A stretch of DNA of 64,000 nucleotides, from positions 37,326,991 through 37,390,990 of the forward strand of contig NC_057732.1 in the NCBI RefSeq assembly GCF_004010195.1, given 5' to 3'. Each line of letters opens with the position of its first letter. Within the stretch, counting starts at the first letter, position 1. Position numbers and translations under genes: made by a program. This DNA comes from Chiloscyllium plagiosum. Its lineage: Eukaryota. The notes under the pieces are model-generated. The model was given only the letters and a program-made list of their open reading frames with translations. It ran no database searches and had not been told where the DNA came from. Positions 61,244-64,000 of this stretch are shown here, piece by piece.

Positions 61244-63087
61244 CTACACACAAAACGAACTGATGTCATCATGAAACACACGAGTGTCAGATAATAGATC
61301 CTCTGATTTTAATGCTCATCCTCATTTACACCCTAAGCCTAGAAATCTCTAATTACTGGGGACAGAGAGTCTAGGAAGGGATGTATTTGCTTCAACATTC
61401 CATCCCATTTTTGGAGATTTCACTGGAGGTGGTCCAGAATATATGGGGTAACAATCTCTCTTTCATTGCCCTACCACCCCTCCAATAAAAAAGTGCTTCT
61501 TAGGAATTTCAGACATTTAAAAATAAATTTTATATTTTTATAGTGTATGTTTTTGTCTCAACAGTATACAGTGTATATGCTTGCAATAAACTTGGTCTTT
61601 CTAGACTCACCAACTCCTTTCACAAAAACTTTGATCTCAGACATGCTAGTTCTGGAAATGAGTTTTATCAATACCAGTGAGATTGGTATTTTTATTATTG
61701 AATATTCTAGGTGAAAAAACAAAGCACAAATGTGCAAAGAAACCATATAAATGAAGAGGTAGTGAAGCCAAGTGGGGTTTTAAAGGTCTAATCATTCCTT
61801 CCTTACATACAAATGAGAGAAAAAAAAACTAATGGTTCAGTGGGTAACTGTATGATTTGGTAAGTTACTGAGTTGCACAGATTGGAAAAACCCCAGCTTC
61901 AATCCCTGATCTCTGTACAATGAAATAAATGTAGCTGTGAGAATTCTACAATTAGCTTTCTGAATAGAAAAATCAGCCATAGTTGCTCATTTCTGAACCC
62001 TATCTGGTAACCTCTATTGGAAAGTACACAGTTATGGTGTTAGGGAAGATAGGACAGCATTAATGGTTACCAACGTCCATTTGTTGACTGATTGTTAATA
62101 CTAAGTTCTCACCTATGGAATGGCCACTTTGGCAAGGTATTAAAGCGGCTGCTAATGCATGAATAACTATGTTCCCATCACTACTTTCAAGACAAAAAGC
62201 AGGAACAAATGAGGAAAAATGGCAGAATACATGAAGTAAAGCATATTCAAGCAAAAATGGAGAATCATTTAATGGAAGGGAACTCAGACTAAGGTTCATA
62301 AATAACACACAGTCAACTGAGATCTGATACCTGCTTTTTGTGCCCAAGTGAGTTAACCATTGTTACCTTTATTTCTCATTCATTAGTTTGTTATCTTTGA
62401 GGATTATGGGCCTAAAGATGTGTTAGAAGTATTATTGCCACATTGGTGGATAAACATCAATATTAGTATTTTGCATGTATCTTAAGTGGTTAATAATGAG
62501 AGGGTGAATTGAAATATTGAATGCAACCCCAGAGATGCACATTTATGCAGCTCTCAAACTCAAAAGCTTGGAAGTTAGGATATTCTAAATGCGTTTTTAA
62601 GAAGAAATCTGAAGTCTACAAGACTCAGAAAAACTGGCATTCTTGTGTTCATCATTATAGGTACAACCTGTTATATAATATGCAAAACAATTTCCATGAT
62701 GTTTTACTTGCTGCTTAGGACAGTTTTCAGTTTTGGATGACTTGCTGATGAGAGAATTAATGCACCTTACATGAAATGCAAGGCTTTAGATTTATAATCA
62801 GTAAGCACCATGACCTCTGATTGCAACCATATTATCAGGGCAGGGAAGAGTAGTGAGAGAATTGGATGGTGAAGTTATACTTGACCTTTGACTATCCAGA
62901 AAAAAAAAAGACAGGTAATGGAAGGAAAGTTAGCTCTGGTTGGCCGTGTTAACCTTGTCCCATCTAACAATCTTATTTTTTTCCTGAAATCAACTAAACA
63001 AAAGAATTCTCTATCTGTCCAAACAAAAATTGTAGGACTAGGAATTATTCCTGTTAACATTTGAATATGTGCATGTTTCACCTTGTA

Positions 63088-63303
63088 AAGGTGGTTCTTC
63101 TATAACGCGTTGGTTGTGTTCTTGTGCAATCCTGTGCTTCAGAAAAATCGAGCTTTAGAAACAGCACTTAGTGTTGGCAATGCAATCATGTTACAGCCAA
63201 CACACATTTGAAAAGTACATGTTTTGGAACAGTGTCTCCAACTTGTCAATTGCGTTATAGCGAATTTGTGTCAATGAGATGCGTGTTATAGCAGAATGAC
63301 CTA
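63088..63303. mobile_element. Tc1/mariner-type MITE, same family as 2488-2706, opposite orientation
   Basis: ggtggttcttctataacgcg...cgtgttatagcagaatgacct TIRs, TA flanks. Confidence 0.65.
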
Positions 63304-64000
63304 TACTTAAACTGTGCTGAATTTAGAGTTGGAATGTTCAATGTTAGCATTAACTAATTTGTACATAACCACAATAAATTACAATAGAGTGATAACAGCA
63401 CAGAAGCTACAAGGAGTGTAAAACAAGGATGAATTCCAAGGACATCATGAAGTACAGATGCAAGCAAGGGGTTGGGACTGTGCTGTCTCATAACTCTCTC
63501 CAAACAACCTTTATTTAAATAACATATGTTGACTTTGAATCAATAAATGTTACAGTAATTAAATTCTGCAATATCTGCAGTTGTCACCAGGTTGGAGGTA
63601 ATGGTCATATAACATGACAAGATGTGATCTAATAATAGTTATAACAATCGTCTGTAAATCATGCCATTGCCACGGGAAACAGCACTAATGCAGGAGGAGA
63701 GTTTGTGCTAGCGAGTAAATGGATTAATAAACACCACATATGCAGTATATATATTTACAGCAAATTTACGTGTCACCTCTGGCATTCACTGCTTCCCTCC
63801 AAACATTGGATCCTTGCTATTTTTTCCAAAGGAATCTGCTCACCATCCTAAAATTACATCCATTCAATTACGTCAAATTTATAGCACAGAGAAAACCCAT
63901 TTCACATAACAGGTTTATGCCAGATTCTTTGCTATGTGAATTTCCTCCCATTCACCTAACTGTATCAATAGATCCTTCTATTCCTTTTTTCCACACTTAT

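Noticed and set aside
45-63081. Most short ORFs in the six-frame track (e.g. recurring [35 protein letters not shown])
   Set aside because: They are translations of HE1 SINE, PLE or CR1 repeats, not genes.
63777-63847. Possible 71-nt minus-strand exon (DGEQIPLEKIARIQCLEGSSECQ)
   Set aside because: Weak donor, no homology recognised, and no compatible downstream exon found.
1-64000. CRISPR array, retron or other prokaryotic system
   Set aside because: No regularly spaced direct repeats or operon-like structure; RT motifs all belong to CR1/L1 retrotransposons.

Overview
Eukaryotic (vertebrate) DNA, almost certainly from an elasmobranch: there are many HE1-type tRNA-derived V-SINEs with (CTAAT)n tails, plus CR1/HER1 LINEs. 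The only confidently reconstructable protein gene is calumenin (CALU) on the minus strand. It gives a 315-aa CDS from six coding exons (27032-41841), with two tandem 194-nt mutually exclusive versions of exon 3 only 73 nt apart, a candidate non-coding exon 1 and CpG-rich promoter at about 48.7-49.0 kb, and a probable long 3'UTR. About 26 kb downstream of the CALU stop lies an intact tRNA-Pro(AGG) gene with an 18-nt intron of canonical pre-tRNA geometry, an isotype not normally intron-containing in vertebrates. A decayed duplicate of it lies 11.3 kb away. The CALU-to-tRNA interval, where other vertebrates carry the SWS1 opsin, shows no opsin that I can see and is filled with transposon debris. 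The rest is mostly CR1, L1, Gypsy, SINE and MITE remnants, plus many Penelope-like fragments carrying minimal hammerhead ribozyme motifs, often as ultrashort or inverted insertions with 13-16 bp target-site duplications (TSDs). There is no prokaryotic-type system or CRISPR array. Repeat boundaries are approximate and were read by eye.
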